Shown piece by piece: positions 44,273-46,260 of a DNA stretch of 46,260 nt; position 1 is the stretch's first letter; every line of letters starts with the position of its first letter. The DNA is from Candidatus Daviesbacteria bacterium (GTDB taxonomy: Bacteria; Patescibacteriota; Microgenomatia; Daviesbacterales; UBA10151): positions 167,969 through 214,228 of the forward strand of contig JAQTZF010000001.1 of NCBI GenBank assembly GCA_028687915.1, in the 5' to 3' direction. A program made the position numbers and the translations under genes. The notes beneath the pieces were generated by a model, which was not told where the DNA came from, searched no databases, and saw nothing but the letters and a program-made list of their open reading frames with translations.

Positions 44273-45187
44273 ATGGCTACCAAAAGAGATTTTTATGAAG
44301 TATTAGGCTTAAAAAAGAATGCGAGTGAGGCAGAGATTAAATCTGCTTATCGAAAGTTGGCCAGAGCCCATCACCCTGATGTGGATAAAACTGCAGGAGC
44401 AGAAGCCAGATTTAAAGAAATTTCAGAAGCCTATCAGGTATTATCTGATCCACAGAAAAAAAGTACATATGATCAGTTTGGCTCGGCTGCTTTTGAACCT
44501 GGTGCAGGTGGAGGTCCTGGGGGATTTGGGGGTGGTGCTCAGGGTAATCCTTTTGGTGGGTTTTATTATGATTTTTCATCAGGAAATAGATCATCACAAG
44601 GTCAGGATTTTGGTGGATTTGAAGATCCCTTTTCTCTTTTTGAACAAATCTTTGGTATGGGAAATATGGGAGGATTTAGTGGAAGAGCACAAAGACAAAA
44701 TCCTACATATCAATTGGAAATTGATTTTGAAGATGCTGTCAATGGAGGTACTAAACATGTTCAAATTCCGGCTGAGAATGGTCATAAAAGAGAGCTAACC
44801 ATTAAGATTCCACCTGGAGTAGATAATGGAACTAGAATGAGGTTTGAGGATGTGGATATTATTTTTAGATTACGTCGTCATCCGGACTTTTTAAGAGAAG
44901 GCTCAGACATTTTTTCTGACATTTTATTAAACATTCCACAACTAGTTTTGGGGGATGTAGTGGAGGTAAAAACTGTTTGGGGTAAGGTTAAATTAAAGGT
45001 TCCAGCTGGCACAGAACCCGGAGCTTTAATTAGAATTAAAGGCCAGGGAATGCCTAATTTAAGGGGAAGTGGTCGAGGAGATCATTTTGTCAGGGTAAAG
45101 TTAGAAGTTCCAAAAAAGCTAACAACAGAAGAAAAAGATTTATATGAGAAGCTTCTTAAACTAAAACCCAAAAAGAATTGGTTTTAA
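44273..45187 (+). CDS. dnaJ: J-domain co-chaperone DnaJ lacking the Cys-rich zinc-finger domain (type II / CbpA-like)
   Basis: J domain (DFYEVLGL...AYRKLARAHHPDV with HPD), a G/F-rich linker, and C-terminal CTD I/II. No CxxCxGxG repeat is present anywhere in the 304 aa. Confidence 0.85.
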   Translation: MATKRDFYEVLGLKKNASEAEIKSAYRKLARAHHPDVDKTAGAEARFKEISEAYQVLSDPQKKSTYDQFGSAAFEPGAGGGPGGFGGGAQGNPFGGFYYDFSSGNRSSQGQDFGGFEDPFSLFEQIFGMGNMGGFSGRAQRQNPTYQLEIDFEDAVNGGTKHVQIPAENGHKRELTIKIPPGVDNGTRMRFEDVDIIFRLRRHPDFLREGSDIFSDILLNIPQLVLGDVVEVKTVWGKVKLKVPAGTEPGALIRIKGQGMPNLRGSGRGDHFVRVKLEVPKKLTTEEKDLYEKLLKLKPKKNWF

Positions 45188-46260
45188 CTAAATATTTAAT
45201 CTTTTTAATAATATTTTCTTTCCTGCTTCAGTAATTACAATATAAGCCAAAGAGAGGCAAAACAGGAAAAGGAAGAAGATAGGGTGTAGGGGAGCAAAAC
45301 CTAAGGATGAGGCAAGGGGTGAATAAGGTAGGTATATACTAAAAACCGTAATCAAAAAGCATGTTCCAAGTAGCCAGCCACCTGGTTTACTTTTATAAAA
45401 AGGTACTCTATTAGTTCTAATAACAAACACCACAATCATTTCTGAAATCATAAATTCCAGAAAAATACCAGTTTGAAAGTGTTGAGGGGTAGCATGAAGA
45501 ACAGTTCCTAAAAATAAGAAAGTAATTCCCACAAATAAAGCACTTAATACCCCAAAAAAGATCATGTAGTTTTTAATAAAACCTAAATCCCAATGTTTTG
45601 GTTTAATAACTGATTCAGGATCAACATTATCTGAAGTAATCGTCATCTGAGAGATATCATATAAAGTATCCTGCAGTAATAGCTGGGAAGGAGTAATTGG
45701 TAAAAAGGGCATAAAAAATGAAGCCCCCGCTAGTGAGATCATTTCTCCAAAATTAGAACCTGTATAAGTAAGAATATATTTCATAGTATTACTAAAGACT
45801 TTTCTGCCTTCAGCAATTCCATTAAGGACAGTTTTTAAGTCTTTGCAGAGCAAGACTACCTGGGCAGTATCTTTGGCTACGTCAATTGCAGAATTTACAC
45901 AAATCCCCACATCAGCACTATGAAGTGCTAAAACATCATTTATTCCATCTCCCATAAAACCCACAGAATGTCCCATTTTTTGTAATGTTTGAATAATTTT
46001 TAGTTTTTGCTCAGGAGTAACCCGACAAAAAACAGTTGTTTTACTGGTAAGATTTTTGAATTCTGCCTCGCTTAGAGTGTCAATTGCTTCACCCTGGATT
46101 ATTTTACCCACATCCAGACCAATGTCTTTACAGATTTTGGCAGATACTAATTCATTGTCCCCAGTCAGAATTATAATTTGAACATTTAAGTTCTGAAGTT
46201 GATCCAGTGCTTCTTTAGCGCTAGTTTTAGCAGGGTCAGAAAAAGTAATAAATCCCTCAA
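45188..46260 (-). CDS. mgtA: Mg2+-transporting (MgtA-like) P-type ATPase, C-terminal part (N-terminus beyond the right edge)
   Basis: Hinge motif GFMGDGINDVLALHSADVGICV, then EGRKVFSNTMKYILTYTGSNFGEMISL...FLPITPSQLLLQDTLYDISQMTITSDNVD, which closely matches the MgtA C-terminal pattern. The frame stays open upstream of 46111 to the window edge (...ILTGDNELVSAKICKDIGLDV). Confidence 0.85.
   Translation of the reverse strand, partial: EGFITFSDPAKTSAKEALDQLQNLNVQIIILTGDNELVSAKICKDIGLDVGKIIQGEAIDTLSEAEFKNLTSKTTVFCRVTPEQKLKIIQTLQKMGHSVGFMGDGINDVLALHSADVGICVNSAIDVAKDTAQVVLLCKDLKTVLNGIAEGRKVFSNTMKYILTYTGSNFGEMISLAGASFFMPFLPITPSQLLLQDTLYDISQMTITSDNVDPESVIKPKHWDLGFIKNYMIFFGVLSALFVGITFLFLGTVLHATPQHFQTGIFLEFMISEMIVVFVIRTNRVPFYKSKPGGWLLGTCFLITVFSIYLPYSPLASSLGFAPLHPIFFLFLFCLSLAYIVITEAGKKILLKRLNI

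Noticed and set aside
44319-44798. 159-aa ORF in an alternative plus frame, plus small minus-strand ORFs at 44412-44785
   Set aside because: They lie inside the dnaJ G/F-rich region. The repetitive GGN codons keep other frames open. The translations have no motifs.
1-46260. Alternative genetic code (UGA recoding, as in some candidate phyla)
   Set aside because: Several well-supported genes end at TGA with sensible C-termini and immediately following genes, for example murJ at 37383-37385, the CDGSH protein at 18657-18659 and the GreA-like gene at 40442-40444. Conserved proteins contain no in-frame TGA. The standard code fits.
1-46260. rRNA, tRNA, CRISPR arrays, transposases, integrases, prophage genes
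   Set aside because: No intergenic region exceeds about 140 nt. Those longer than 60 nt were read by eye (9379-9489, 14441-14506, 17892-17954, 22477-22556, 25249-25325, 29744-29819, 35596-35732, 37386-37491, 40445-40540). They show promoters and operators but no cloverleaf-like or repeat-spacer structure. A tRNAscan or Infernal run would be the decisive check.

Overview
Gene-dense, AT-rich bacterial chromosomal segment using the standard genetic code, since TAA, TAG and TGA all terminate good ORFs. I count about 58 CDS with almost no intergenic DNA. By eye I found no rRNA, tRNA, CRISPR array, transposase or integrase. The content is housekeeping plus cell-envelope genes. Housekeeping genes are groES/groEL, hrcA-grpE-dnaK-(methyltransferase)-dnaJ, metG, lepA, rpsT, tpiA, uvrD/pcrA, sbcCD, thioredoxin, an ATL/MGMT-family protein, tatD and a partial mgtA-like P-type ATPase. 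Envelope genes are murB, murJ, FemAB, LCP, two PIG-L deacetylases, VanW, an M23 peptidase, a G5+3D protein, PEGA/SH3b, a polyprenyl-phosphate glycosylation cluster and PilN/PilO-like genes. The short orthologues, pervasive gene overlaps and Gram-positive-type wall genes suggest a reduced Patescibacteria/CPR-like genome; this is inference only. Five things stand out. (1) The chaperonin operon is interrupted: groES, two unknown 115-aa ORFs, groEL, then a 120-aa unknown ORF, all translationally coupled. This is my best candidate for an undescribed module. (2) A 27-codon upstream ORF ends in ATGA on the lepA start and repeats the first 9 LepA codons, differing from them only at synonymous third positions. 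(3) At about 15 transcription-unit starts a -10 box (often TGnTAnAAT) sits 5-8 nt from the ATG, implying widespread leaderless mRNAs. (4) An rpsT-pilN-pilO-small ORF-FN3/dockerin string lacks pilM. (5) An SGNH hydrolase is split by a frameshift. Nothing here was computed with tools; all calls come from reading motifs in the supplied translations and sequence.
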